64,000 nucleotides of DNA from contig CM059441.1 of assembly GCA_030390025.1 (NCBI GenBank), positions 17,794,001 to 17,858,000 of the forward strand, written 5' to 3'. The position numbers were made by a program, and so were the translations under genes. Source of the stretch: Squalus acanthias (Eukaryota). This document shows, in pieces, positions 1 through 12,937 of this stretch; position 1 is the stretch's first letter; the number at the start of each line of letters is the position of its first letter. Below the pieces are notes generated by a model. That model had not been told where the DNA came from. It worked only from the letters and a program-made list of their open reading frames with translations, and made no database searches.

Positions 1-1538
1 GCCTTCCTTCAGCTGCGCAGCCTTCATATCATCTTGTTGACAATTGGCTGATCCAAACTGCTTGATTTGAGATGGCCAAGCTTCACTCAAATGCTGAGTC
101 CAGCATGTCCGAATCCTTTGTGAAGCGGGACTATCTCTCCTCAAGAAAACCAACTGGAGCTGATGCAGAATTATTCCCTCATGATTCCTTAGCTTCAGAC
201 AACTCTTGGCATATCTTAGAACCATGCCATGTAAATGCTTTCCCACCCCTCCGGTCAAGCAGGAAGGTTCCAGCTTCACAGTATAGATAAATGTTGAGGC
301 TAAAGTTTTCATGGTACAGAATTCTTTTTGACACCATTAAATATAAATCTTTTTTGCACAGCTTGATCATTGAGATGTAGTTGACCTCCATGCATTGGGA
401 CAGCAATTAGGAGGCAACCAACACCTTAAAATAGTGGTTTCAACTATTGATCAGATTATGCCTTCTGCCATGTCTTCACCTTGGTTACAGTGCTTCTTTC
501 AGGAGGTCAGATGTCCATCTTCAAGACATATGAGCCTAAAATCTCTTAAGTGTGACTTTTTTAATGCTCTCGTACTGTGCATGCGCACATATAACCTAGA
601 AATTTATCTGCCCATTTGAGGTAAAATTAGGGTGTTATTTTATTTGCCGGTCTCATCATCCCTCTGGTTTATCTCCTAGCAGAGCAATTTCTATAAAAGG
701 CTGGACACTACAGCACCACCATACCATTCTGTTTCACTGCTCCAGTGCTGTGATATTTAAATAGAAGCTTTTCCTCCCAACTTCAGTCTAGGCTGCTGCT
801 GCTGCTTTAATATCTGAGGTCACCCAGCAAGATGCGTAGAGTGCAATTTCAAATTGACAGGCTGGACTGGAGTTGGGAGGGAGAGTTGCCATTTTAAATA
901 TCACCGCACTGGAGGAGTGGAACAACTGCTGGCAGGAATACACTGGTTGAAATGACAAAATTAGCAACGTGTATTTGCGGATGTCAGTCGTGCTGAAAAT
1001 GATAAATTTGGTAGATCGAAGCGCTGTAATCTCAATTCTCATCTTGTAAGAGAGTCATGGATTTTTAAGGTGGCATTCTTTCAGGCGATCTTGTTTACGG
1101 GTAGCCTTGTAAGCATTAGTATATTTTCACAATTGACCGTGTTTGCAAATACTGGACAGTTTTTAGAATTGAACTTCTTTCTCCTACCACATTAAATAAC
1201 GAGTCTTAGTGAAATAGCGAGTCTTAGTGTAATAACGGCATTGAAACCTGCAAACAACATGACCTCATCATGTTGCAATAAAATTTGTTTATACTGAAAT
1301 TCTATTAAGCTGCTGCTCGGGGACGCTGCATCGCTCCTGATGTTGTAGTCTTTTCTATCCAATCATGAAAACTGGTCCTCTTAAGCAGATTTTAACACAA
1401 GTATTTTCTTCTCATTCTCAGTTAACTGCACAGCTTTATATAAAAATTACAGACCTCACAATTTTGATGAAATGTACCATAGTTATTGACTCATGACTTT
1501 AAGCAGTCACCTGCTGGATGGCTACTTCTCCTGCATCA

Positions 1539-1852
1539 TCATCTTAGGCAGTCCCTCAGAACTGAGGATGACCTGCTTCCACATTAAAAATGAGTTCTCA
1601 GGTGACTGATGAGTCCAATGCGGGACCTACAGTCTCTGTCACAGGTGGGGCAGACGGTGGTTGAAGGGGCGGGTGGCTGGGGTGCTTGGGTTGACGTGCG
1701 CTCCTTCCGCTGTTTGCGCTTGGCTTCCGCTTGCTCCCGGTGAAGAGACTCGAGGTGTTCGGCGCCTTCCCGGATGCTTCTCCTCCACTTTGTGCGGTCT
1801 TGGGCCAGGGATTCCCAGGTGTCGGTGGGGATGTTGCACTTTTTCAAGGAGG
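1539..1852 (-). mobile_element. RTE-clade LINE, 5'-truncated 3' end
   Basis: Minus ORF ...LKKCNIPTDTWESLAQDRTKWRRSI...CPTCDRDCRSRIGLISHLRTHF (C-terminal zinc finger); (GAT)n tail; 11-bp TSD CTCCTGCATCA at 1528-1538 and 1853-1863. Confidence 0.9.
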
Positions 1853-3699
1853 CTCCTGCATCACTCACTCAACCATTGAATGTTTAGATGAGCACCCAGA
1901 CCAAGACGGTCCAAACGTGCACCATGGTGCGTAGCTTCACAGGCCAATTCAGCATTTTAAATACAGAATTTCCATCTTGCTTTGTGACACTGATAACGTG
2001 GAAAATATTTGTGTTTTGAGTCGTTGGGTGAAGGGAGTGGGGGGGGGGGGTAGAGGCGGAACCAAAGTGGTAATTCTGTGATCCCACGCTTCCAGTGTGG
2101 GGAGCTGTGCTCCAGAGAATCTAGGTTTCCTGCTGTGAGTGTGGATCGTGGAACTGCCCTTGAAATTGCTGTCTTGGTTTGAATTTGTAATTTTCCCTTG
2201 TTTTGAACCAGTCTTGAGCAGCGGAGTTTGAAAGCTCAAATTAGAAAAAACTCCCAATGACAGTACGCTAAATAATAGCTTGCCAACCGCTGTTACCGTG
2301 GTAAATCATAGGCTGTTCAGTCTTGATTAAATTTAGAAGGCACAGACTTGGAAGAACAGACACAGATTTCTTTAATTAGGCTGCAAAGTATATGGTGTCA
2401 ACAACAAATGGCAGAAAGCAGTCTGTAAATCTTAAGGGTGCAACAGTTCAAAGAATTCTGTGATCTCTCCTATTTGTCTCCTGCATCTATTTTTTTTTTG
2501 GTCTGTCCTGTAAGGCTGTCGATGCCTTTTGCAGGAGCTTTTGAAATGGTTTAATTTACAGGTTGATGTCTGATCTTGCTGATTACTGTAGTTCAGTGTG
2601 TAATATCTGTAGGCTTATTGCTTACTGGTTTTGTCACTGAACCAGCCAATAGCATTCTACCCAAAAAAAACCTTCTGTACAATGCAGCTGCCATAACTGT
2701 TTCCAGAGGCTTTATTAAAGTTAGTATATTATAGCACTTAATGGGTTCCACTTCATTATTATTTACAAATAAATTGCACTGAAATCATGCGATCTAATTT
2801 TTAAATTGACGTCCTCGCTGCGAATAGCAGACTGTTGTAGATCACTTATCCTTGCCCTCCCCCCCCTCTCTCTCTGCCCCCCCCTCCCCCCTCTCTCTCC
2901 GGCTGACTCCATACCCATCCGATGTTGTTGACCCCCTGAGCCTGTCACAGCGGCTTCCCTCTTGCTAATGGGCCAACTCTAGCAAAGCTTGCCTGCTACC
3001 CAACCAATGCCCCCACAGAATGCGAGCAATGCCAGGAGATTCATAAATCATTTAATAAATTCACAAAACTTGCTGCGGGAGGTGGGGTCATTCAATGCAT
3101 TTTTGTTTTTAAATTGAAGCGGGTCCAAACAGTAATTTATGATGTAGAAAATTTAAAAAAAAACTTAATGGCCTTCAGGTTGAAAGAGCCTTCAACATAT
3201 TGGAATGCTGTAATCTTGGATTGGTTTTCTGATGGAGAGACTTTAGGGCTGATCAGTCTGTCTCTGCATCTAGCACACCTGGGTGCTTGTGTATTTCGGC
3301 CATTTGTTGATGGCTTTGTTGCAACTGGCATGAAATTAGTCAACATGAAAATCATTGGTTGAACTCTAAAGGAAATCTTTTCAGCAACTCTTTTGAAGTC
3401 TGGTTGTCATTGCTATTTTGCTACTTTGAACATTATCACTGGTTTGAAATGACCTTAACTTGGGCTCCTGTCCAATGGGTAACTGTTCGACACCTGAAAG
3501 GCTGGGTGCCCCCTCCAGTACAATGTAAAGTTGTCTGTCTAACCAGTTGTACTTTTGAGACACGCATTCTTTACTGATATTCTAATCCTGCAAGATGCGC
3601 CATTGGTCACCATATTTTTCAAACTTTGCAGTTGTTCATAAATGAAGCATTTCCTTTTTCTGCTGATTCCTTTCCTCATTAAAAATTCAAGTCTCCATA

Positions 3700-4200
3700 A
3701 TATTAAAAAGGATATAGAGGCACTGGAGACCGTGCAAAAAAGATTTATTAGGATGATATCAGAAATGAGAAGTTATACTTATCAGGAAAGATTGGACATG
3801 CTGGGGCTCTTTTCTCAGAGCCTAATAAAGGTCTTTAAGATTATGAAAGGGTTTGATAGGGTAGGTGTAGAGAAGATGCTTCCACTTACGAGGGACACCA
3901 GTACTAGGGGCCATAAATATAAGATAATCACTAATAATTCCATTAGGGAATTCAGGCGAAACTTCTTTACCCAGAGAGTGACTAAAATGTGGAACTCGCT
4001 ACCACAAGGAGTAGTTGAGGCGAATAGTATAGATGCATTTAAGGGGAAGCTAGATAAACACAGGAGGGAGAAAGGAATAGAAGGATATGTTGATGGGGTT
4101 AGGTGACAAAGGGTGGGAGGAGACTTGTGTGGAGCATAAACACTGGCATGGACCAGTTGGGCCGAATGGCCTGTTTCTGTGCTGTAAATACTATAAATAA
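3700..4200 (+). mobile_element. CR1 LINE 3' fragment
   Basis: KDIEALETVQKRF...TRGHKYKI...RRNFFTQRV..WNSLP...FKGKLD, the typical CR1 ORF2 C-terminus, followed by a 3' tail. Confidence 0.9.
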
Positions 4201-5094
4201 CAAGTTAGCCATGCCATCTCTAGTGCTTCCACTCTGCAGGTGGATGGATGTGTGAATGCAGTTGCTGGTGTTGACCAGTTCACATTGTTCATCTCCCTTG
4301 CCCCCCCCAAAAAAAAAGGCTTTGGGTACCTACATCTAGCCAAGGGCACATTGGTTAACCTGCTCAGGACAGTACTAAGCTGTCTATATAGAAAAACATT
4401 TGGGGTTGAGTGAAATCTTTCAACTAGAATGCTGTGAGGAATCCTGAGAATATATATTGTCCAAACTGATGATAAAATGATGCAACGTTGGGTTTTGCAA
4501 ACCCTCCATTTTGATATGGTAGGTTTCTTCAGAAGCTTTTACTGAAATTGAGAACAAGTAGAATTATGTGCCCGTGGAATTGATAATTTATGAACGACGC
4601 TTAACAATGCAATCCAATTTAAATAATGTATAACACCAAGTACCTGATATCTTGCATCAGTCTGTTCCTAATTTAAATTCCTTGAAGTCACATGCTGAAC
4701 AACTTGTTCACAGTATGTCTAGAGATGCTTATTATCTATAAATAAACAAGTCCTTTTCTGAAGAGCCACAAACAGTTCAGTTGATTCCACTTCTTTGGTG
4801 AAAATAATTATACACCTCTGCCAGCTAATTTTATTGCCTGTGTTGAAAGGCATTTATTATTCCATGTCAGCTTACGTTGCTGTGTTTATTCCACTTAACC
4901 CGTTCACTGTTGCCAACTGTACATCTTGAATGATCTAAACATGCATAGTGAAATCTGTTACCCTTCCTCCTCTTTCCTTCTATTCCCTGTCCCCCACACA
5001 CTATATCTTCTCTGACTCCTAAGCCCAACATTTGCCCCACTTTGCATCACTCGAACCATTGGACAGTAAACGTGCATCAAATGTGTAAGTTTTC

Positions 5095-5355
5095 ATGGAA
5101 TCATAGAAGTTTACGGCACAGAAGGAGGCCATTCAGCCCATCGTGTCTGTGCTGGCCAAAAAAGAGCTATCCAACCTAATCCCACTTTCCAGTTCTTGGT
5201 CCGTAGCCCTGTAGGTTACAGCACTTCAAGTGCATACCCAAGTACTTTTTAAATGTGATGAGGGTTTCTGCCTCTCCCACCCTTTCAGGCAGTGAGTTCC
5301 AGACCCCCACCACCCTCTGGGTGGAAAAAGTTCTCCTCAACTTCCCCTCTAATCG
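5095..5355 (-). mobile_element. CR1-type LINE 3' end
   Basis: catagaagtttacggcacagaaggaggccattcagccc... tail; related to the copy at 16822. Confidence 0.75.
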
Positions 5356-6033
5356 TAATTGATACTCGACAGTTGAGGTTTCTGAATTCTTTAATTGTGA
5401 TTCTTTTTCACTTTTGAAGTGGGATATAGTTAAGTGTTCATTCTTTGACCTGTTACCTGTAAGAAATGCCTATTAAAACAGCTGGCCATTTAGGTTTTTT
5501 TCAACCTGTGTACGCACGTGTCTTTGGGTTGGAACAGAATGCTTCTTCAGTGTCATAAACCTTTGTTTTTTAGCACTGCTTTTGTGTAGCTTTCGCTAGC
5601 TGTGACATACTGTAAAATGAAGTGTTCACAAAATAGATGCATTCATTGAGTCTGTATGGAAAATGCATCATTGATCTGTATTAGGGAGGTTAAGGCATGT
5701 TGGTAGAGGCTGTGGTGTTAAATGCTCTGGGGGGGGGGAGGTTTCTGCTACATTTTTGTAAAAGTTACTATTTCAGTTTCTTTTGAGAGAGAATCTAATT
5801 TTGTGAGATTTGCAAAAATATCCCAACTCTTAGAAATTGGTTGCTATTATAGAGCTGCAAGAATGAGTTGATGAAAAGGCTTGAAGAAACATGAGGAAAT
5901 AAATTGATGTTAAAGTTCTGTGAATTACTGTTTTGACTTTTTTTTAAAAAGGATTATGCAGTGCTCTGAGTTAATGATTGCAGTATACCTATCTCAATTT
6001 ATTCACTGTGAAATTGGCTCACTGCCATTGCAG

Positions 6034-6213
6034 GTTCCAGATGCCATAATAAAGTGTCAGCGAGCTGGTATAACTGTGCGAATGGTGACTGGAGACAATA
6101 TTAACACTGCGCGTGCCATCGCCACAAAGTGCGGCATCCTCCACCCAGGAGAAGACTTCCTGTGTCTAGAAGGAAAAGAGTTCAACCGGCTTATCCGCAA
6201 TGAGAAGGGAGAG
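6034..6213 (+). CDS. ATP2B4: PMCA (P2B Ca2+-ATPase) coding exon, P-domain: [60 protein letters not shown]
   Basis: ttgcag|GTT acceptor, GAG|gtacgg donor; 180 nt, phase 0-0; contains the P-type ATPase MVTGD motif. Upstream exons lie outside the window. Confidence 0.97.
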
Positions 6214-7349
6214 GTACGGTGCATACCAAATATCAGGTGCAGCATAACGCACAGTGGCGGGAAGTGACATCATTCCCAATGTGACAAAAGTACAAAATGA
6301 AGCTGAAGGAACTGTCCAAGCACTCTGTTACTGCCTTGAGCTCACTCCAAAATTAAGGAAGGGGGAAAAAATGTAAAAATTAAAAATTTTCTTCCATTCC
6401 TCCTCTTCTAAATATCCACGAGGACAGCTGAGCATCCTGCTGTCAGTACTCTACTAATACCATATTGGAACTGGCCAGTAGTTTTATGAAAGCTCCCCGT
6501 CGTGTTTTTTTGGGTTTCCTCTTCCCCACCCCACCCCTGCCCACTTCAATGTTCCCTCTAATTTTTGTTTTTGTGCGCGGTCCCTTTAAATTTGCTGCGC
6601 AGTCACGCGGCAACAACTGGTGAGTGGCCTGCACGTGCCCTTGTGATTGGTGCGCACCTTGGGGGTGGTGGTGGGGGGGAGAATATTGCTCGCGTCTACT
6701 CAGCACCTCTATCAACAGAGTTAAACTTTGAAACTTGCTTACAGTAAATTTGAGGCACAGACTGCATTCTAAAACTAATACAGTTTTAATTTATCAAAGG
6801 TGCACATTTTAAATTCCCAGTGAACTGCCTCCGATTCTTAGCCTGTGAAATAATACAGACTGCATCTTGCCAGGCCTTTGTGATGTAAATACGTTTGCAT
6901 GGTTCATGGAAGGATATTGCAAGGTTATTTTTTGTACGGGTTGTTCTGTGTTGTAAATATTATGAAGCTGTATTACTGGCAAAACAATAGAATGGTTTAA
7001 GGCATTTTTTTTTTAAGTGCAATAGGTGGCAAGTATACCAGTCACTGCTTTGACAGAATAACTCACTTTGGGGTTGGCGAGAGAGAGTAATTTGTTTCTG
7101 TTGTTCCCCCTTGTGCAATTTTTTTTCTCCATGTAATTAAACAAATTTGGAAATAATTGCCAATTTCATAATACAGTATATGGAGGATGGCACCTGTACG
7201 ATAGCATAAGTGGTAAAATCCAATAACTTGCTTACAGTATTCTTGAGTGCTGGTTTTTTTTTTAAAAAGGAAAAATTGCATCCATATCACATCTCAAGTT
7301 GTTTGACCTACAATGGCGGCCAATCTGTGTCTGCAATGTCCCAAAACTA

Positions 7350-7595
7350 GCACTAAGATGAATAATCACCCATTCGGTCTTTGGTATTGATTGCAGAAGG
7401 AGAATATTCTTTCCGTTCAAAGGGAATCTTTAACCTCCACCAGGAAAGGCAGATGGGGCCTCAGTTTAGAGTATCCATAGGATGCTAACTCTGACAACCT
7501 CAGTACTGCACTTCAATGTCGGCCTAGTCCTGGAACAGGCGTCAGCCCACAACCTTCTGAATCTCCGAAACACATGATGCCAACGGAGCCAAGCT
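7350..7595 (-). mobile_element. Degenerate SacSINE1-like Deu-SINE
   Basis: Similar to the better-preserved copy at 33895-34280 (cctcagtactgcac, aaccttctga, gagccaag). Confidence 0.6.
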
Positions 7596-7921
7596 AATAC
7601 TGGTCAGGAAAATGATGGTCTGTGTAGTGTAGCAGTTTTGATCAATTTTCAGCTTGAGCAGCAGCAGGTGTAACGGGTGTTGATGGCCTGTCTGTGCTTT
7701 AAGCCTTGTTTGCTGTCCTACCACTGCTTCTGCAGCTGCTGAGTCACTGATATTCTTAAGTTGGAGCAACTGAGTCGTGTCTTCTGATAACTACAAGCAA
7801 TATTCTTCTTCAGTCAGTTCGCTGCTGGAATTCCCCTGGAAGAGAGGTGGTCTCAACAGGAAGGATGGGAGTTCATGTACTACCAAAGCAGCTCTTGCAA
7901 AATCCCACCATAAAAGTCAAC

Positions 7922-8781
7922 GGGGGAGAAATTCGGTATTGCCCCGTTTGGGGCGCAAAGTTTAGCGCCTGGCGCAAATTATCACCTCCAACTGCAAACT
8001 TGGCTTCTATCACCCCTGGAGGTGATTGGAGTGCTAAATCAGGCGCTACACACCTCTCAAGGCGCTAACGCCGAGGAGCGAGGCGCTACCTCAGAGCGCT
8101 GGCGAAGCTCATGTGATGTCAGTTAGCAATGGAACACAGACACACTGGCGCTGGCCAGTTCATAAAGGGGAGGGTCGATCTTGCTCTCCATCCACACCCT
8201 GCTCATTGCAGCCTTGAATCTCGGCCTGGAAAGACCTGTATATCAAATCTGCTGGAAAGAACAATGGAGAGGCCCAGGGAAAGAGCTGAGTGCAGCCCCC
8301 GTAGTCTCTTCTAAATCGATGCAAGGAAGTTCAAATCAAAATGAACCTGCAAAGTGCTGCTCAGTACCCAAAACTCCTTCACACAGTGTTGAATCTCTCC
8401 AGAAGTCGCTCTCGCTCTCTCAATATGCGTGGTGCAAAAAATGTCGCCGACAAAAAAAGGCAGGAAGCAGTCGCCTTTAAATAGCGCTCCCCCAGTCCCT
8501 TCCCGACTGCAAAACGCTCCCCTCAACCTGTCGTTGCTAGCGGCAGGCGATAAGGCAGGGGGCGCCACTCAATATCTGGTCCAGGGCGCTACACGCTCGA
8601 CTGATGTCACGATCTGCGGCGCAGGAAATCGTGGCGGTAGTGTTTAGCGCCGCCGCAAAATGTCTGGTCAATTTCACGAGCGGCGCAAACATCGCCGCAC
8701 CCGGGCGCTAGTTGCTTTGCACCCCATTAGCGCGCTCTTAGGGTGCTAACGGGAGGCGCAAACCAACCGAATTTTTCCCCC
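7922..8781. mobile_element. Harbinger-type non-autonomous DNA transposon
   Basis: TIRs GGGGGAGAAATTCGGT / ACCGAATTTTTCCCCC; GC-rich subterminal motifs; the right end matches the reverse complement of the start of 31304-31969; 3-bp flanks AAC/AAA. Confidence 0.8.
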
Positions 8782-10029
8782 AAATTCTGGTAGCCTTGTA
8801 TCACTTACACCTAAAGAACTGACTATCTGGTCAAGTGATATTGATCATTGAACTTTGCACTGTTGGTGGGAGGCTGATGAGCAGCACTTTTTGGTTGTGC
8901 TTCAGTACATGTATGGAGCCTTCCTTTCCCAATTGCACAATAATGCCGTGAAAACCTGGATTCAGCTTGCATTGTTCTAAATTAGTTATGCATCTTCACT
9001 CCTCGACCTGTGGCAGATCCCAATCCTCAGGCGGGAGAGATCATGAGACTGTGATTTCACATGCAAGAAATGTACCAACTATGAGACCGTTGGCAGTTCT
9101 TCTAAAACTGGCGTGACATTCCAACCCTTCAATGACGCCAAGTCCCCCGTCTTAATTACAATTCATTTGATCTGCCCTTTACAGGTAAAAAGCCTCGAGT
9201 GTTGTCCTTCAGCATGCAGCTCCAGCACCTTAACCACCTGCTGGGACAGGAACCATGGGCTGGATCACATTCAGTCCCAAAAGCCACAGTGGAGGCTTTC
9301 AAAGATCACAGTTGGCCCATGAGCTATAAACTCAGTTCTCTGTACTAGATTAAAAATATACCCATTCATATTGGTGCATTGAAATGTACATTTATATCCT
9401 CTAGATATTTTGTGCTTGGCAATGGCAGATATGATTCTTGCCCAGGACTGCGTGACGACCTGTCGATATATCTTGCTGACATTTACTTGAAGTGATTTCT
9501 GTGTTTGTGTTTTATCAATCATTTACTCTGCTCAGTCTGAAGAGTAACTAGCGGTGAGCAGTGAACATAAGCGGATTCAGTCTGTTTCACATTGTGCTTG
9601 TACAATTGTAGGAGCAAGTGCTGACTGAGCAAACACAGGCTCTGCCGAAGCTGCAGAGCAAAACTTCCATTTTAAAATGGTTTTGGCACACATTGGTAAT
9701 ATCACTTTTTAATATGTGCATACCCTAATGGCAACAAGTATGTTTGAAGGTGAGGAGTATATCAAAATATATTGCTATGGTTACTACAACAATTGGGGAT
9801 CAGGCATGTAGCCTAGAGCTTCTGGGCACCACCTGATTTTGAGGTGGTACCAGGAGGCTGCTGGAAATGGAATGGAGATATGTAAAGTTGAGACACCCAT
9901 GGTGCTGGATCTTCACCCACTTTAGCACACCTCATTTTCCATTGCCAATTCTGACGGTTGGTTGAAGCACATGCAGATGAGGCAGTAAAGATGTATGATG
10001 GCCAAAAGTCCCATTCTTCTGCCATTTTG

Positions 10030-10155
10030 GAACATAGGAACAGGAGTAGGCCATTCTTGAGCCTATTTCATCATTCAGTGAGCTGATGGCTGATCTGTAC
10101 GTCTTTACCCGCCTTTGATCCATTTCCCTTGATGCCCTTGTCTAACAAATATCTG
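10030..10155 (-). mobile_element. CR1 3' tail fragment
   Basis: gaacataggaacaggagtaggccatt... motif shared with the other CR1 tails. Confidence 0.7.
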
Positions 10156-10399
10156 CCCATTCATATTCACGCCAGTACAAAATGGGTGTCCAGGGTTGAT
10201 GAGCACTAGAGTGGAAGAGAAAGTAAATGTCTAGATTGGCCAGTTAAAAGCTTACTGTGTTGGTTTTGTTTGTTTTTTTGTTGCTGATTGCTTTGTAATC
10301 TGACTTTGTGCTATTTACCGAGGAACTGCCATTCTCCTCCACCCTTTATTCCTAATTCAAACAGGGAACAATGTCTTTCCCTTTGGGAATTCACCTTTA

Positions 10400-11950
10400 T
10401 CAATGCTTCTTTAAAGATCATGCGCAATAAGAGATGCTAAGCTGGTGAGGCTGCACTGGAGGCACATGGTGACCAACCACTGGTACCCACAAACCAAAGC
10501 GTATAGACATAGGCATTCCTATATGCACTTGACCGAGGAGCAGTGCATACTCTCCAAAGAAGCCATCACTTAGTTTGGGTCTTGTCTTAAGATATTCTCT
10601 CAGCTACAATGGTCTTCAATGCCTTGTATTTCAGGGTGGGTCTGTAAGCCCAATATCTAACTACATGATGGTGTAACCCAGGAGTGTAACAGTAGTGTCC
10701 CATTGACTAATGCCTTTCATGTGATGATCCTCTCATCTTTTTGAAGACAACACTTAGTAAGATGTGGCCAGGTGTAAATTGTTACGGTGCTTTATTTCAC
10801 AGCAAGTGAATATACAAAACAACAATTATTATCTTGCTCAGTTCAATCGGTACAACTTGTCTCCATATAATAAAAAATAATAATCACACTGCACCTCTGG
10901 GGACAAGTGCAGTATTAGCTGGGGGTGTGCTACAATACACTCCTGCTAAAGTGACTATAATTGTTGTGTATTGCATACTGTATAACTTTGCCTTACAAAA
11001 AGGCCTCCTCTTGGAGTTCCTAGAGAGTGAAGTCTTCCATGGACAGCAATAGGACCAGGGCGATGAGCCTGAGGAGGACCATTGATGGCTACAAGCCATT
11101 TTCATGCCAAACTGATACAGGAGATCTTCCCTTGACTACCTTATCTTGCCACTGCATTAACGGTCCTGTCCTCGGACTAATATACCATCATCTACAGATC
11201 CTTCTCTGTTTGCATCAACTCGCTGAGCTCTCATTCATGCTGGCTGGTTAAAGCAACTTCTAAGCCTTGCCAAGAAAAATGTCAGCACATACAACATCGT
11301 CAATGCAACTGTAATTTTAATGACAACGCATACTGCATGTGTGCCTCGTGTTTCTTACCACCTTGCTTCCTCTTGGTGCCAGAGTGTGATGTGTGAACTC
11401 TTAAACATAGCCTTGTGTTTCTCCTAGGTGCCACCCGAGTGGCTGAAGTGCATGACGTGGTTGTTTGCTGCATTCCAAATGGAGCCTCTTGGGATGGAGG
11501 TGACCCTCACTTCATGGCAGTTAAGTCCTCGGGTGGTCCAACTGCAGGCAGCACCTCTTGTGCTGCTGCCTGGGCAGTCTGGTCCTTCACCCTTTCAGCC
11601 ACGTGCAAGTATCGGAGAAGGAGGGATGGAGAATCCGCATGTATCACCATCATGAAACACAGCACTGTCCTGCATGCCCATTCCGCCCATGGATTGCAGT
11701 GCTGTGAAGCCATTCAGCATAGTACTGCACATGTAAGCGTTGTTTTAGAAATAGGAACCATGAGATCTGAATCCCTAAACTCTTCAGCCAAGGAATGACC
11801 TATCCTGTCTCTCCTGGCAGCAATGTCTTTCTTCCCATGTTGCAGTGCCAGTTGTTCTTGCTCTGTTAGTCACCCAGTGCGCTCCTCTCTGGGTCAGTCT
11901 TTCACCTCGGTCAGATATCTCTTGATGATGCTTGAGATAGAGTTGAGTGA
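10400..11950 (+). pseudogene. Decayed PIF/Harbinger transposon (transposase remnants; boundaries uncertain)
   Basis: + strand about 10480-10570 reads WYPQTKAYRHRHSYMHLTEEQC, like the transposase N-terminus; about 10920-11010 reads GGVLQYTPAKVTIIVVYCILYNFALQKG, like the HARBI1/DDE_Tnp_4 C-terminal GGxLQY..CCxLHN motif. The central catalytic part is missing or degraded. Confidence 0.65.
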
Positions 11951-12849
11951 GTGACAACATGTGTTCTGAAGTGCGAATAGGATTGGTTCCACTGGTGCCT
12001 GGTTTTCATCTGGAGGAAGAAGCGAAGGTAGACTGGGTTGCTGAAGAGCAAAGTTCAGTCGTCCCTTTCAGTAGGCGTTGCGTAGGTGTTTCAAATTTTG
12101 CAGCAAGAAGTTAGTTCCTATTTCCCACGCACAAATAGGCGAACTCCGAGTCAGTGGTGTTCCTGACATCTGGAGCTCTCCCTTATCCAAATTAAGATAA
12201 CTAGAAACTGCAGCAGAGTCAGCCTGCTTCACACCTTCTGAAAGCATATCTACATTTTTTTTTTTCCTGACCTCCCAATTGTTGGTGTCTTGATCTGTTG
12301 TCTCGATGACCAGCACCTTGATGTATTTATGCTGCAAGCTGATTTCAACGTTCTGTCAGGAACTTTTTCTCTACTACTTTGAATACAGAAGCATGTGTGA
12401 TTGCCGACCATAGCTGTGGTTTCTATACTTGAAATGTAGTTTAACTTCCACTTATAGAGCTCTTTGATTGCCTGTCCTTTGGTTTGGCATAAACTTTGAG
12501 CTTTTCTGTGTATATGTGCGTGTGTGTGTGTAACTTCCTCATTGTATCAAGTCATGACCCTGTGTTAATTTCTTTCAAAAAAATAGCAGATACCCTTCCA
12601 GAACGAATCCTGTGCACACAACCGAGGTGGGAGAAAGCCACATGTCTGTTATGGTGTTGAATTCTGAAATGACCCAGCATATCTAATAAGTAATCAGCAT
12701 TTTGGTTCATGAACCCTACTTTTTGGGTGCATGGGGAAAAATAATCAATGTACTTTTACATACAAAGAAAATGTTGAATGGTAGTATTTTCTGGCTTTAA
12801 TCATTAGTGTTGTATCAAGATTTCATATTTAAATCTTTTTATTTCTAAG

Positions 12850-12937
12850 GTGGAGCAAGATCGTCTCGACAAGGTCTGGCCAAATCTCCGTGTCCTCGCA
12901 CGATCATCCCCAACAGATAAACACACGCTCGTGAAAG
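12850..12937 (+). CDS. ATP2B4: PMCA coding exon: [29 protein letters not shown](G)
   Basis: ttctaag|GTG acceptor, AAAG|gtattc donor; 88 nt, phase 0-1; [10 protein letters not shown] motif. Not in the ORF track, read manually. Confidence 0.96.

Noticed and set aside
179-600. Minus-strand peptide EVNYISMIKLCKK, faintly like a Harbinger Myb/SANT domain
   Set aside because: Too degenerate to support without a profile search.
12883-12885. WPNLRV instead of the usual WPKLRV (and HSPSTEH instead of HSPPSEH at about 36270)
   Set aside because: Isolated substitutions outside catalytic motifs; no basis for a functional claim.
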